Origin: an uncultured Ignavibacteriales bacterium
Lineage (GTDB): Bacteria; Zixibacteria; MSB-5A5; GN15; JAAZOE01
Length of the DNA: 64,000 nt
Reading direction: 5' to 3'
Assembly: GCA_964549765.1 (NCBI GenBank)
Contig: CAZJWR010000012.1
Span: 1,607-65,606, forward strand
The translations under genes were made by a program, and so were the position numbers. Positions within the stretch are counted from its first letter, which is position 1; each line of letters starts with the position of its first letter. Positions 41,929-52,291 of the stretch are shown here, piece by piece. The notes below the pieces were generated by a model that worked only from the letters and a program-made list of their open reading frames with translations, was not told where the DNA came from and did not search any database.

Positions 41929-44900
41929 ATGATTCGCAAAGTTCTGCATAGTTTTATTATCCTCTTCTTATTGGCCGGTATTGCTTCCGCCGGCGATTGG
42001 GAATTCGAAACCGTCGGCGGGCCCTTTGAATCGGATGCCCCCCTTCTGGCCGCAACCAATCATCCGCCTTCGCCGACGCCCCTCAAATCCGTCACCGATA
42101 CGTTATCCTCTTATATTGTCGGGCAGGTCGCGACCCATCAAATAGGCTTTGAATTTCCGTCTTTCGATCATCACGACGAAGGTTTGTCGAAAGTCCGCAC
42201 TATCGCCATAACGTTTCCGCGCGGATTCGCTATCGGCCACATTTCATCGGTGACCATCGTCACCACCGATTCCGGCGAGGTTGTGCCCGAAATCAAGAAA
42301 GTTTTCGCCTTTTACCATACCGTGGTCATCAGCTTGGAGAAAAATCTTCCCAGCCTGGATTCCGGCGCCTTCGTCTACATTACCCTCGACGGTATAACCA
42401 ATCCCGATGCATCCGGCGATTATTCCATACGGGTGCGTTTGCTCAACAAGCTCTGGCTGACCGTGGCCGGCCCCGGTGAAAGCGAGCCGTTTACCATCAC
42501 CCATGGTCCGGCCGCGACGCTGACCATTGTCCCGGCCGACGACACCACTCTGCGCGCCGGCGAAGGTATCGCATTTACCGCCAATATCACGGATCAATTC
42601 GGCAATATTATCGAATCCGCCCAGGCCCAATGGATGCTCGATCCGACTATGGATTCCATCGGGACCTTGTTCGGATCATTTTTCCAGGCAACCACCGTGG
42701 GCGTCGGAAGAGTCATTGCCCGGGCGGATACGCTTGAGGCGTTCTCCGGTTTGATCACGGTTCTGCCGGGCGACGCGGCGGCCATAATCGTCACCTCGGG
42801 CGCCGATCCCGTCACGATCGGCCAACCGTTGCCGTATGACGTCAATATCGAAATACAGGATAGATTCGGAAACCGAAAGAACGATTACCTCGGCGCGGTC
42901 TGGTTCACGTCCGATGATCCTCTCGCGGAGATTGTGCATAATGAAACGAATCCTTATCAGTTTACTGCGGCGGATGCGGGACGAGCGGTCTTTTCTGGTG
43001 AACAGTTTGTTTTCGGGACGGCGGGCGCCCGAATACTGACCGCCACCGACGGTACGTTGTCCGGCTATACCCACGTCTATGTTCTCCCGGGCGGCGGCCC
43101 GGCCAATTTCGATGTCTCCGTCCCGGCTGCGGCCCTCGCGGGTAAACCCTTCGACATTACCGTCACCAATGCCGTCGATTCCGCCGGTGATCCCTACAAC
43201 GGAATAATCCTGACTCTCGGCGGCAACGTCGCTCCTGACGGCACCGAGCCGATAGTCCCCGAAATAGAAATAGTCAACGGTCAGGGAATCGGTCATGCGA
43301 CCCTCTATGGCGCCGGCCGCAACAGCCTGGTGTTTTATTCCGGTTCGAGCGCGGTGGAAAAAATAATCATTGTTTCCACGGGCTCCTCCCTGGCTTCCCT
43401 CGAACTGAACATCGATCGCACTCAATTCCTCGGCAATCCGTTCCGGGGTGAGGCGCGGATACAAGTATTCGACGAGTTCGGCAACCCCCAGACTAATTTC
43501 AACAGGATGGGCGTCGATATCCGATTGACTTCGTCGACAGGTGTCGTAGTCCCGGATATTGTTACCTTTGATCAATTCGATCAGACCGGTACTGCCGATC
43601 TGTCGACATATCACTACGACGGCCGCCCCGGGCTGGTAACAATAACCGCCAACTTCGTCATTGTTTACCCGGCGATTGAAACGACGGCGGATATGGTCGT
43701 TAACGGCATCTATGCTGTGGTCGATGGTCATAGCGGACTACCGGATTGGATGCCGGGCGGATGGACGTTCGATTTACGCGGCGAGAGCTGGAATCCCGCC
43801 GATTTGACTCCCAAACAGATCGAATACAGCGCAGAATTTGTAGGCGGCGATTCACCCGTTCCCGAAATCAACACGACCACCGGCTGCATCCCTCAGGCGG
43901 GTATGACGCAGAGTTGCCGTTTCCTCGTGCATCAGGTGGCGGGTGCGACCCCGGGCGATTATGAATATCGGCTCCGGATATCGGCCCTCTATGATGTTGC
44001 GGGAGAGGAAATAACCGCGGTTTGGACATATTCCAAAAGCGTGGAGATCCGATCGTTCGTACCGATTACCTTGATATCCGATCAACTACCGAGCGTGGTG
44101 GTTCCCGGACATTATTCTCTTCCGGCGGAATTGTCGATTATCGATGAGAACAATTATGATGTAGACGCCAAGGCGGCGGTCATGCTGCAGATAAGCAAAG
44201 ACTCAGCCCACTATACACTGACTTATAATACCTTCTCGTTCTCATGGAATTCGGAAACACCCGTAAATCTTCAGGCCTTATTCAACGCACAAATGGAGAC
44301 CGGCCTTTACAATTATGGCGTCAATCTCGTGGTCAGTATCTATGGCCCCGACCAGAAATATCGCGTGGACTATACCAATTTTTATTCCCTTGATAAAACG
44401 CTGAACATTATTCCCCGTTCGGAGTTGGCTGTCGATACGCTCTCGATCACGCCCGATCGCGTACCCGTCGGCGCTTCGATAGGATTTGCTTTCGATCTTG
44501 ATCTCACGGGGACAACCGATATCGTCCTCTACGGCAAACAGAGTACTCTCACCGTGACCGACGGAATCGTTTCGGCGACAGTATTTCTGCGGGACAGCCT
44601 GTACACCCTGACTTCAGGCGCCAATCCGCTGACGGCCGACAATATGGTTATTCCCGGAAGCTGGGAAGGCAAGCATCTGACGGCGCAGCTGCACGCCGTC
44701 GGAATCGAAGACGACGTCGCGCCGGTGGATGAAACCATTGATTTCCCGTTTCCGGTTACGGTCGAGGCCTCTGCCGCCGCTGTGCAGGCGCTGTCGCTGG
44801 TCAACAGCGCTCCCAATGCCCCGTTCGTCAACATCGGCCAGCAATTCATCATGAACGCGGCGATCGTGAATCTTTCCGATGCCGATCTCGACGGGCCACT

Positions 44901-46284
44901 TGTCATCACGTTGCGATCCGACGGGCAATCGACGGTTCCCCCGCCCGTTACGGTTCCCAAAATTTCCGCGCGGGACACGCTCAAAATCGTCTTCGCCGTG
45001 ACCGCCGCGGCGTCGGTCAGCCCGGCAGAAGTATTTTCATTCCAAATTTCGCCGCCGCAATCGGTCGATGTCCTACCGCCGGTCGACGATAACACCGTGG
45101 CTGTGATTCAGACGCCGGCCCGGCTGGAACTGACCGCGGAAATTCCGGGTAAAGTACCCTTGACGGCGGTTCTGGCCTATGGCGAAGCCTTCGATATCGT
45201 CGCCTCGGCGGTCAATCGCGGTCAGGCGGCAATCAGCGGCGGTCAACTCGTGTTGAAATATACCGGCCCCGGCGAGTTCGGGATCGAATTTCCAAGCGCG
45301 ATACCGTTGGATTCCGAGGTAACGTGGTCGCTGACCGCGCCCGTCACCGATATCAATTCGGCTTTTACGATTGCCTGGCAGGAAATCCCCATCGATCGGA
45401 ACACCGGCGATGCCGCCATCATTACGATCGACAGCGTGGCGTTGCCCTTCACCGTCCGGGCGGCGGAAACGCGCCTGGCGATTCAGGCCAGCGGTTTCAC
45501 CACCCGCCCGCTGATGCGGGGACAGTCATCCAAATTATTCGATCTCGGCCTCGAAAATATCACCAATGACAGCCGCAACGCGGTTGCCCTCAAATCGATT
45601 ATGATGAAATTCCTGGACCGCCAGGGAAATGATATACTGCCGCGAGAAATTATGTCTGACAGCGGCGCCAATTTCTTCGTGAACGGCAAACCCGTCGCTC
45701 GGGTGGAATATCCCGTCACCATACCGGAAGAACCGCAGGTTGCCGTCATGTTCGTCTTCGACAGCATCCTGATCCAACCGGGCGGAACGCTGAATATGGA
45801 ATTCCGCTTGACGCCGCTCGGAAAAACCGAGCGCAATTACTTCAATATCCGCATCACCGGCGATATGATTATCGGCCGGATCGCCGAAGGGCCGCAGGCG
45901 GGCGAGACGGTCCCGGTCACGGGAACGCTGGATAGAGCGTTCGAGGTCAATATTCCGCAGTCGATTATCCCCCCGGAATTCGCGGCGTCATTTAAGAACT
46001 ATCCGAATCCGTTCAATCCCAATCGCGAACAGACCGAAATTCGATACAATCTGCCGGTAGAGTCCGACGTGGATATTTATATCTACACGGCCACGGGCGA
46101 ACGAGTGCGTCATCTTCACTTCGACGCCGGCTCCCCCGGCGGTCAGGCGGGCATCAATGAGGCAATATTCTGGGACGGCGCCAACGGGGATGGGCGGACA
46201 GTGCTCAACGGCGTCTATATCGCCTATATCGAAGTGGCGGCATCCAACCTGACGGCGACTTTGAAAATGGCGGTGGTGAAATGA
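41929..46284 (+). CDS. very large cell-surface protein with multiple Ig-like (Big-type) domains and a T9SS C-terminal sorting domain
   Basis: Signal peptide MIRKVLHSFIILFLLAGIASAG. It has repeated Big-like segments (TIVPADDTTLRAGEGIAFTANITDQFGN; IEIQDRFGNRKNDYLGAVWFTSDD...YQFTAADAGRAVF). The C-terminus is FKNYPNPFNPNREQTEIRYNLPVESDVDIYIYTATGERV...WDGANGDGRTVLNGVYIAYIEV...LKMAVVK. Confidence 0.85.
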   Translation: MIRKVLHSFIILFLLAGIASAGDWEFETVGGPFESDAPLLAATNHPPSPTPLKSVTDTLSSYIVGQVATHQIGFEFPSFDHHDEGLSKVRTIAITFPRGFAIGHISSVTIVTTDSGEVVPEIKKVFAFYHTVVISLEKNLPSLDSGAFVYITLDGITNPDASGDYSIRVRLLNKLWLTVAGPGESEPFTITHGPAATLTIVPADDTTLRAGEGIAFTANITDQFGNIIESAQAQWMLDPTMDSIGTLFGSFFQATTVGVGRVIARADTLEAFSGLITVLPGDAAAIIVTSGADPVTIGQPLPYDVNIEIQDRFGNRKNDYLGAVWFTSDDPLAEIVHNETNPYQFTAADAGRAVFSGEQFVFGTAGARILTATDGTLSGYTHVYVLPGGGPANFDVSVPAAALAGKPFDITVTNAVDSAGDPYNGIILTLGGNVAPDGTEPIVPEIEIVNGQGIGHATLYGAGRNSLVFYSGSSAVEKIIIVSTGSSLASLELNIDRTQFLGNPFRGEARIQVFDEFGNPQTNFNRMGVDIRLTSSTGVVVPDIVTFDQFDQTGTADLSTYHYDGRPGLVTITANFVIVYPAIETTADMVVNGIYAVVDGHSGLPDWMPGGWTFDLRGESWNPADLTPKQIEYSAEFVGGDSPVPEINTTTGCIPQAGMTQSCRFLVHQVAGATPGDYEYRLRISALYDVAGEEITAVWTYSKSVEIRSFVPITLISDQLPSVVVPGHYSLPAELSIIDENNYDVDAKAAVMLQISKDSAHYTLTYNTFSFSWNSETPVNLQALFNAQMETGLYNYGVNLVVSIYGPDQKYRVDYTNFYSLDKTLNIIPRSELAVDTLSITPDRVPVGASIGFAFDLDLTGTTDIVLYGKQSTLTVTDGIVSATVFLRDSLYTLTSGANPLTADNMVIPGSWEGKHLTAQLHAVGIEDDVAPVDETIDFPFPVTVEASAAAVQALSLVNSAPNAPFVNIGQQFIMNAAIVNLSDADLDGPLVITLRSDGQSTVPPPVTVPKISARDTLKIVFAVTAAASVSPAEVFSFQISPPQSVDVLPPVDDNTVAVIQTPARLELTAEIPGKVPLTAVLAYGEAFDIVASAVNRGQAAISGGQLVLKYTGPGEFGIEFPSAIPLDSEVTWSLTAPVTDINSAFTIAWQEIPIDRNTGDAAIITIDSVALPFTVRAAETRLAIQASGFTTRPLMRGQSSKLFDLGLENITNDSRNAVALKSIMMKFLDRQGNDILPREIMSDSGANFFVNGKPVARVEYPVTIPEEPQVAVMFVFDSILIQPGGTLNMEFRLTPLGKTERNYFNIRITGDMIIGRIAEGPQAGETVPVTGTLDRAFEVNIPQSIIPPEFAASFKNYPNPFNPNREQTEIRYNLPVESDVDIYIYTATGERVRHLHFDAGSPGGQAGINEAIFWDGANGDGRTVLNGVYIAYIEVAASNLTATLKMAVVK

Positions 46285-48110
46285 GACGGTTGTCGATCAT
46301 AGTCGCTTTGCTGCTGCTTCTGCTGCCGGTCATGGTATCGGCGGACGATGACGCCGGCACCGAATCGGCCTTCAATCTCGGAGCAGGCGCCCGCGCCATG
46401 GCCATGGGCAACGGCTACACCGCTTTGGCCGAGGACGCCACGGCCATTTATTACAACCCGGCCGGTCTGCCGTACCTTTCGTCGCAGGAGATCACCTTCC
46501 TCCACACGGTTCTGTTCGAGGGTACGGTCTATGACTATGTCGCTTATGTGTATCCCTATACCAGTATCGGCGGTTTCGGTATCGCCGGCATGCGCCTCGG
46601 GACCGACGACATCGGGCGGCGCGATCAATACACCGACCTCGGTAAATTCAGTTCCACGCAGATGCAGATGCTGTTATCGTATGGTCGCCGTTTCGACCAT
46701 GGAATCTCCGCCGGCGCCAACCTGAAACTGGCGAATCAGTCGATCGACAATTACTCAGATTATGGCTTCGGTCTGGATCTGGCCGGACGGTATGATTTGA
46801 CCGATCACCTGCGGGCCGGCCTGGTTCTGCAGGATATCGTCGGCGCCCGCATGAAATTGATGAACGAGCGGGAACGTACGCCGTTTCTGATCAAAGGCGG
46901 CCTGGCGTATCTGTATCAGCTATCCGACAAACCGTTTTCGGGGGCAGTCACGTTTGACGTCGAAAAGCCGGAATACCGCAGCGTCAAGATTCGCGCCGGG
47001 CTGGAACTGGCGCATACTTCGGGTCTGGCTGTAAGGGGCGGCTATGACCGGGACAACTTCACGGTGGGCTTGGGGATACATTACCAGCAACTCACGTTCG
47101 ATTATGCCTACAAGTTCATGGACAACCTGATGGACAGCCACCGATTCTCTTTGAGTTTCAATTTCGGCCCGACCCGGCAGGAGATCGAGGCGCGGCGGGA
47201 GATGGAACTCCGCCGGGGCAGACAGCAGTATCTTCAGGAAAACCGTGTGGACGCCCTTCGACGGGAAATGGACGAGGCCAAAGAGTATTTCCGGGAAGGC
47301 CGCCTGGATTCGGCGTTGGCGGCGTATTATCGGGCGGAAGCGTATGCCGACCCGGACACCGAGGAGCGGATAAAAAACTGGGTGGATGAGATCAAAAGCC
47401 GATTGAGCCAGGAAGGATTACCGTTGATCGAAGAACCGGTTGCCCCGGCCGGTGAAAAGAGCGCCGAGTTGATGACACGGCAGGCGACAACGATGCTGGA
47501 TAGGGGATCGCTGTTGGCGGCCCGGGATATCGTCGATGACGCCGTCAGCCAGGGCATCGACTCCGATGAATTGAGGGCCTTACGGGTGGATATCACGACC
47601 CGTATTAATGATCGGGTCCGCGCGACCCTCCGGGAAGCTGATCAGGCGTTCAATCAAGGGAACTTCATCGACGCCTTTACCGAATATAAGGAGGTTCTTA
47701 CTTACGACAAGAATAACCTCCGGGCCGCCGACGGAGCCCGCGCGGCCAGGCTCCAGATTGATCTTGCGCAGCATCTCAAGCTGGGGATGGACTATTTCGA
47801 ACAGAAACGCTACATTCTGTCTCAGCGTGAACTGAACACCGTTCTGCAGCTAGATCCCCGCAATGAAATCGCACTGGAATATCTCCAGCGCATCGACAGC
47901 GCCATGAAAGAGACAACCACGCCCGAAGAGCAGGATTTGCGTAAAGACAGCGTCACGTGGCAGGCGTATCTGGACGGCGTCGAGGCCTACCGGGCGGGCG
48001 ATTTCAAGAAGGCCATCGAGTACTGGGAGGAGGTGCTCAAGAAGTATCCCAACAACCGCATGGCGTTGCAAAATATCCGCCAGGCCAAATTGCGGCTCGA
48101 AGAGCAGTAG
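46281..48110 (+). CDS. FadL/PorV-PorQ-like outer-membrane beta-barrel fused to a C-terminal TPR/coiled-coil domain
   Basis: It has a signal peptide. The N-terminal ~290 aa carry the family signature (FNLGAGARAMAMGNGYTALAEDATAIYYNPAGLPYL) and alternating beta-strand patterns ending ...HRFSLSFNF. The C-terminal ~320 aa contain TPR repeats (FIDAFTEYKEVLTYDKNN, YILSQRELNTVLQLDPRN, FKKAIEYWEEVLKKYPNN). The ATG overlaps the upstream stop (ATGA 46281-46284). Confidence 0.75.
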   Translation: MRRLSIIVALLLLLLPVMVSADDDAGTESAFNLGAGARAMAMGNGYTALAEDATAIYYNPAGLPYLSSQEITFLHTVLFEGTVYDYVAYVYPYTSIGGFGIAGMRLGTDDIGRRDQYTDLGKFSSTQMQMLLSYGRRFDHGISAGANLKLANQSIDNYSDYGFGLDLAGRYDLTDHLRAGLVLQDIVGARMKLMNERERTPFLIKGGLAYLYQLSDKPFSGAVTFDVEKPEYRSVKIRAGLELAHTSGLAVRGGYDRDNFTVGLGIHYQQLTFDYAYKFMDNLMDSHRFSLSFNFGPTRQEIEARREMELRRGRQQYLQENRVDALRREMDEAKEYFREGRLDSALAAYYRAEAYADPDTEERIKNWVDEIKSRLSQEGLPLIEEPVAPAGEKSAELMTRQATTMLDRGSLLAARDIVDDAVSQGIDSDELRALRVDITTRINDRVRATLREADQAFNQGNFIDAFTEYKEVLTYDKNNLRAADGARAARLQIDLAQHLKLGMDYFEQKRYILSQRELNTVLQLDPRNEIALEYLQRIDSAMKETTTPEEQDLRKDSVTWQAYLDGVEAYRAGDFKKAIEYWEEVLKKYPNNRMALQNIRQAKLRLEEQ

Positions 48111-48228
48111 TCTTTTCGCGTAATCTGCCGTATCATATGGGCCGGAACGCGGCCGAAAATCAACCTTTACTGCCGAATCCGCCGATTTTTTATGTTTTAT
48201 CAGACGGACTTTGTGCTAAATTATTTAT

Positions 48229-50289
48229 ATGTTCAAGAAGCCGATTCGAGAAACGGTGGCGGCGTTTCCCGCCGAAGAAAGCCAGCTGACGGGGTTGCGC
48301 AAAACGATCGAGGAAATCTGTTCCCAGGTCAACCTGACGACCAAGGAAAAGAACAATATCATCCTCGCCATCGAAGAAGGCGCCACCAACATCATCCGCC
48401 ACGCCTACCTGTTCGGCGAAGGCGAGATTCGTCTCAAGGTGGCGGTGTTCAAGAACTATATCGTCTTCTCCCTGTTTGACAACGGCAAATCGTTCCAGCC
48501 TCCCGATAAAACCCGCCTTGACCTCAAAAAAATGGCGACCACCGGACGCAAGGGCGGCCTTGGATTCTATCTCATCAACAAGGTGATGGATCGGGTTGAA
48601 TACTTCTCTCTGGAAGGAGAAAACGAACTTCGCCTGACCAAATTCATCACCGAGCGCGCCGAAAAAGACCTCGAGTGGAGCGGCGGCATTTCTCTGCGTG
48701 TCAAGTTTTCGGCGTGGACATTTCTGATCATTCTCATCCTCGTCGCCGGCGCTTACATCTATATAAATTCGGTTTCCACCCGCTATATCCGGTCCCGGTT
48801 GGAAAAGACCGTCGATGCCTTGGCCAACACCATCGCCTCTCAAGCTTATGCCGATATCATCAACCGCGTCTCCGATATCCAGTTTGACGAGTTGGTCGTT
48901 TCCTACCAGAAGGCCAATGATATCATCTCATCGATCGTTATCCTCGATAAGAGCGGCGATATCCTGGCTGACTCACGGAAAGAACCGAAACTGCATACCA
49001 TGTACGATCCCAAGCGCCTCGAAAATATCCGCCGCTTCGAATCGCCGACGGGGGAGACGCCGACCAACGGTCAGTTTTTTGTCACGCGGCGTATTGCCTC
49101 GGGAGATAATCAGCTCGGTACCATCATCATGGAATATTCGTCACGCGTGATGGAGTATGAACTGAAGCGCGCCCGCCAGGTGATTCTCATCATCACCGGC
49201 ATCGGGCTGCTCATCGGTATCACCGGCATTTATCTATTGTCGAATTATTTTGTCCGGCCGATCGGGCGAATCGTCGATCGCGTGCGGCGTTTTTCCCAGG
49301 GCGATCTGGATAGTCAATTGCCGCTCGTCGGCGCCGGCGAATTTTATGAAATATCTCGGGCGCTGAACGAACTTATTACGCGCATCCGCCGCGACCGCAA
49401 AAATATCGTGGAACGCGAAATTCTGCAGAAAGAAATGCAGATGGCTGAGGAAATCCAGAGGGCGCTTATTCCCAACCGGCTTCCGACCATGGCCGGATTC
49501 GAGGTCGGCACGATATACAAAGCTGCCCGGATGGTCGGTGGCGACCTGTTCGATTTCGTTCGCATCGACGACCACCGGTTCGCCGTGGCCGTGGCCGATG
49601 TCTCCGGGAAAGGCGTTCCCGGGTCGCTCGTGATGGCGATGGTGCGCACGGCGCTGCAGTTGGAAGCCCGCGAACATCGGTCAGCGCGGGATATCCTCAT
49701 CCGGATCAATGAATTCACGGCGGGACATATCAAGCGCGGGATGTTTGTGACTATTCTGCTGGCCATCGTGGATATCGAAACCGGGCGTATCAATTTTGCT
49801 TCGGCAGGTCATAACCCGATCCTTCACTACGTCAACCGCGAGCACGAGGCGCGCTTTCTCAACGCCCCGGGCATGCCCGTCGGCATCAAAGCCGGCAACG
49901 GCGATTTCGCCAAAGCCATGCAATCGGCCGATATCATTCTCGAAGAAAATGATTTCATTTTGATCTATACCGACGGCGTCACCGAGGGGCGCGGCGCCCA
50001 CCGGCGGGCGTACGGTACCGAGCGGATCGTTGAACTGCTCAACGAAGATCCCGACCGGTCGGCCGGGGACCTGGCCCACGCGATAGAAAGCGATATCAAT
50101 CGCTACATGGGCAAGGAAGTCCAGCACGACGACATCACCATGGTCATTCTCAAGTATTGTCCCGGCCCCCGCGGCGAGGCCGACGAGGCCGACAGTGAAT
50201 CCGAAACCAGCGATGTGAAGGATACCTCAAAGCCGTCAATCGATTCGGTCACAATTCAGACCGATTCCCGCCCCGACCGGCCCTCTTGA
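48229..50289 (+). CDS. fusion protein: RsbW/SpoIIAB-like kinase domain - TM - extracytoplasmic region - TM - HAMP - PP2C (SpoIIE-type) phosphatase
   Basis: The N-terminus has the anti-sigma kinase pattern (LAIEEGATNIIRHAY...FSLFDNGKSF...GRKGGLGFYLINKVMDRVEY). Hydrophobic segments lie at about residues 165-185 and 325-345. The HAMP region is RPIGRIVDRVRRFSQGDLDSQLPL.GAGEFYEISRALNELI. The PP2C region is AEEIQRALIP...GGDLFDF...VAVADVSGKGVPGSLVM...FASAGHNP...YTDGVTE...HDDITMVILK. Confidence 0.88.
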   Translation: MFKKPIRETVAAFPAEESQLTGLRKTIEEICSQVNLTTKEKNNIILAIEEGATNIIRHAYLFGEGEIRLKVAVFKNYIVFSLFDNGKSFQPPDKTRLDLKKMATTGRKGGLGFYLINKVMDRVEYFSLEGENELRLTKFITERAEKDLEWSGGISLRVKFSAWTFLIILILVAGAYIYINSVSTRYIRSRLEKTVDALANTIASQAYADIINRVSDIQFDELVVSYQKANDIISSIVILDKSGDILADSRKEPKLHTMYDPKRLENIRRFESPTGETPTNGQFFVTRRIASGDNQLGTIIMEYSSRVMEYELKRARQVILIITGIGLLIGITGIYLLSNYFVRPIGRIVDRVRRFSQGDLDSQLPLVGAGEFYEISRALNELITRIRRDRKNIVEREILQKEMQMAEEIQRALIPNRLPTMAGFEVGTIYKAARMVGGDLFDFVRIDDHRFAVAVADVSGKGVPGSLVMAMVRTALQLEAREHRSARDILIRINEFTAGHIKRGMFVTILLAIVDIETGRINFASAGHNPILHYVNREHEARFLNAPGMPVGIKAGNGDFAKAMQSADIILEENDFILIYTDGVTEGRGAHRRAYGTERIVELLNEDPDRSAGDLAHAIESDINRYMGKEVQHDDITMVILKYCPGPRGEADEADSESETSDVKDTSKPSIDSVTIQTDSRPDRPS

Positions 50290-50532
50290 CCCCGACGGCT
50301 GTCAGATTCACTCATCGTCAGCCATTATTTTCGCCTGTCGCTATGGTTTTGGCAGGCGGCGTGGCGCCATAATTTATTGTAGGATAATCAATTATGAGGC
50401 GGCCGCGTATCCGTCGCGAGACTCGGTTTAAGATTTATATTGACAAATCGAAAAGGCATGTTATCCTCAAATTAGGGTAGTATAACCCAATAGTGTGTTT
50501 TGCGATATCAGGATCTTATTTTCTGAGAGATT

Positions 50533-52221
50533 GTGAACGTAGCTATGATAGAGATCATACTGGCGATACTCGTGGTGGCTCTCGGCGTGCTTTTAATCAT
50601 TCGCCAACGGCAGTTGCATTATGCGAAACCGGTCGACAACCTCGATCAAATACTGGCTGGTCTGAAGCGCAATCTTTTGAGCAACCGCACCGAGGGGAAG
50701 ATACAAATCGTTGCCAGCGATCTTTCCGATCTCCTGATAAATCGTCTACAATCGGAGCGCATCCTGTTTTTCCGCAAACAGCGGCGGTTCATGGAACTGA
50801 ACTATGTCTACGGCCTTAAAAGCGTTCAGCGGGCGAAGTACCGAATAAAAATCTCCAACGCCCTGATGCAAAAGCTGATGAACGGCGACCTGGTTCTTCA
50901 TCCGTCATCGCTGGCGGGAATAATCGGCGACGACCTGTCGAAATTGCTCGAAACGGAGCATTTCAACATCGTGTTCCCGATCTTCTGGCACGAAAATCTT
51001 TTCGGCGTCTATTTCATCAGCACCGGGCTTCCCGTCGATCACCCCCTGGTCAATACCCTGCTGCTGTTTTTGAATCAAAACCTCTCCACGGCGTATCATA
51101 TCACGCGGTTGGAATCGACCCGCCAGATACTCGAAAACAAAATAGAAAGCCAGCGGCGGAAAGTCCGGGAACTCGAAGGAAACCGAGATGCCGCCGGGGG
51201 CAAATCGACCGACGATGATCCGGGCCATCTGATCGAAATGTTCGGTCATCGCAACGTCGACGAACTGATGGGCGACCTGTTCGACAAGGTGCGGGCCGGC
51301 CTCAAGGCCGACAAACTGGTGTTCGTATCGCGTCCCAGCCGGAAGGATCAGAATCCGATTCAATACAGTCGGGGGCTCGAACGGCAGGATTTCGATTTTG
51401 ACGACAGTGAGTTTCAGCGCATATTTGGCAGCCTCCCCAAAAGCGAAGTTGCCGACGTGGAACAACTAAACGATCTCTTCTCCGACGGCAAGCTCCGGGA
51501 TGATCTGGCTCGGGAACAGCTTCGCCACATTTCGCGGTTTTCCCTGTCCGACGGCGAACAGGGTTTGCTGTTCTGGTCGGGCAAGAAAGCGGGGGAGAAG
51601 GTCGAAGCCCGCTTCCTGAATCGTCTCGAACAAGTGGCCCGAAAAGCGATGACGAACGCCCGGGAATTTCAGCGCGTCGAAGCGATGTCCTATACCGATG
51701 CCCTGACCGGACTATACAACCACCGCTATTTCGTCAAACGCTTGCATGAGGAAATCCAGCGCGCCAAGAGATACCAGCGGCATTTCGGCCTGTTGCTGTT
51801 CGATATCGATGATTTCAAGCTCTATAATGACACCTTTGGTCACCAAACCGGCGACCGACTGCTGCGCCGGATGGGGCGAACGCTCGAGCAGTCGCTGCGG
51901 TCGATGGACATCGTTGCCCGGTACGGCGGCGACGAGTTCGGCCTGATCATGCCCGAAGCGGACAGATCGACCTGCCGGATATTCATGGACCGTCTGCGCG
52001 ACGCCATCGCCGGAACCGATTTCCGAGAACCGGCCGACGTCTTCGATAACCGGATCACCATCAGCATCGGCAGCGCCACTTTCCCCGATGACGCCGCCGA
52101 TCCGGAACGCCTCATCTATTGTGCCGATATGGCCCTGTTCCGATCCAAAGCCCTTGGCCGGAATCGCAGTACCGTCTTTGAAGCGGCCCTCATTGAGGAA
52201 AATTCCAGCCAGAACTCCTAA
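50533..52221 (+). CDS. membrane-anchored GGDEF diguanylate cyclase with N-terminal sensory (GAF-like) region
   Basis: It has an N-terminal TM helix. The C-terminus is DALTGLYNHRYFVKRLHEEIQRAKRYQRHFGLLLFDIDDFKLYNDTFGHQTGDRLL...VARYGGDEFGLIMPE, with an intact GGDEF motif. An RxxD I-site candidate (RSMD) lies 5 residues upstream. ATG 50545 is an alternative start. Confidence 0.9.
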   Translation: MNVAMIEIILAILVVALGVLLIIRQRQLHYAKPVDNLDQILAGLKRNLLSNRTEGKIQIVASDLSDLLINRLQSERILFFRKQRRFMELNYVYGLKSVQRAKYRIKISNALMQKLMNGDLVLHPSSLAGIIGDDLSKLLETEHFNIVFPIFWHENLFGVYFISTGLPVDHPLVNTLLLFLNQNLSTAYHITRLESTRQILENKIESQRRKVRELEGNRDAAGGKSTDDDPGHLIEMFGHRNVDELMGDLFDKVRAGLKADKLVFVSRPSRKDQNPIQYSRGLERQDFDFDDSEFQRIFGSLPKSEVADVEQLNDLFSDGKLRDDLAREQLRHISRFSLSDGEQGLLFWSGKKAGEKVEARFLNRLEQVARKAMTNAREFQRVEAMSYTDALTGLYNHRYFVKRLHEEIQRAKRYQRHFGLLLFDIDDFKLYNDTFGHQTGDRLLRRMGRTLEQSLRSMDIVARYGGDEFGLIMPEADRSTCRIFMDRLRDAIAGTDFREPADVFDNRITISIGSATFPDDAADPERLIYCADMALFRSKALGRNRSTVFEAALIEENSSQNS

Positions 52222-52291
52222 AGTCCCACCTATTCCACGGGTGCATCGTATAAATACCTGGAACAGGGCGAGGCCGGACAAGTTATTACAC

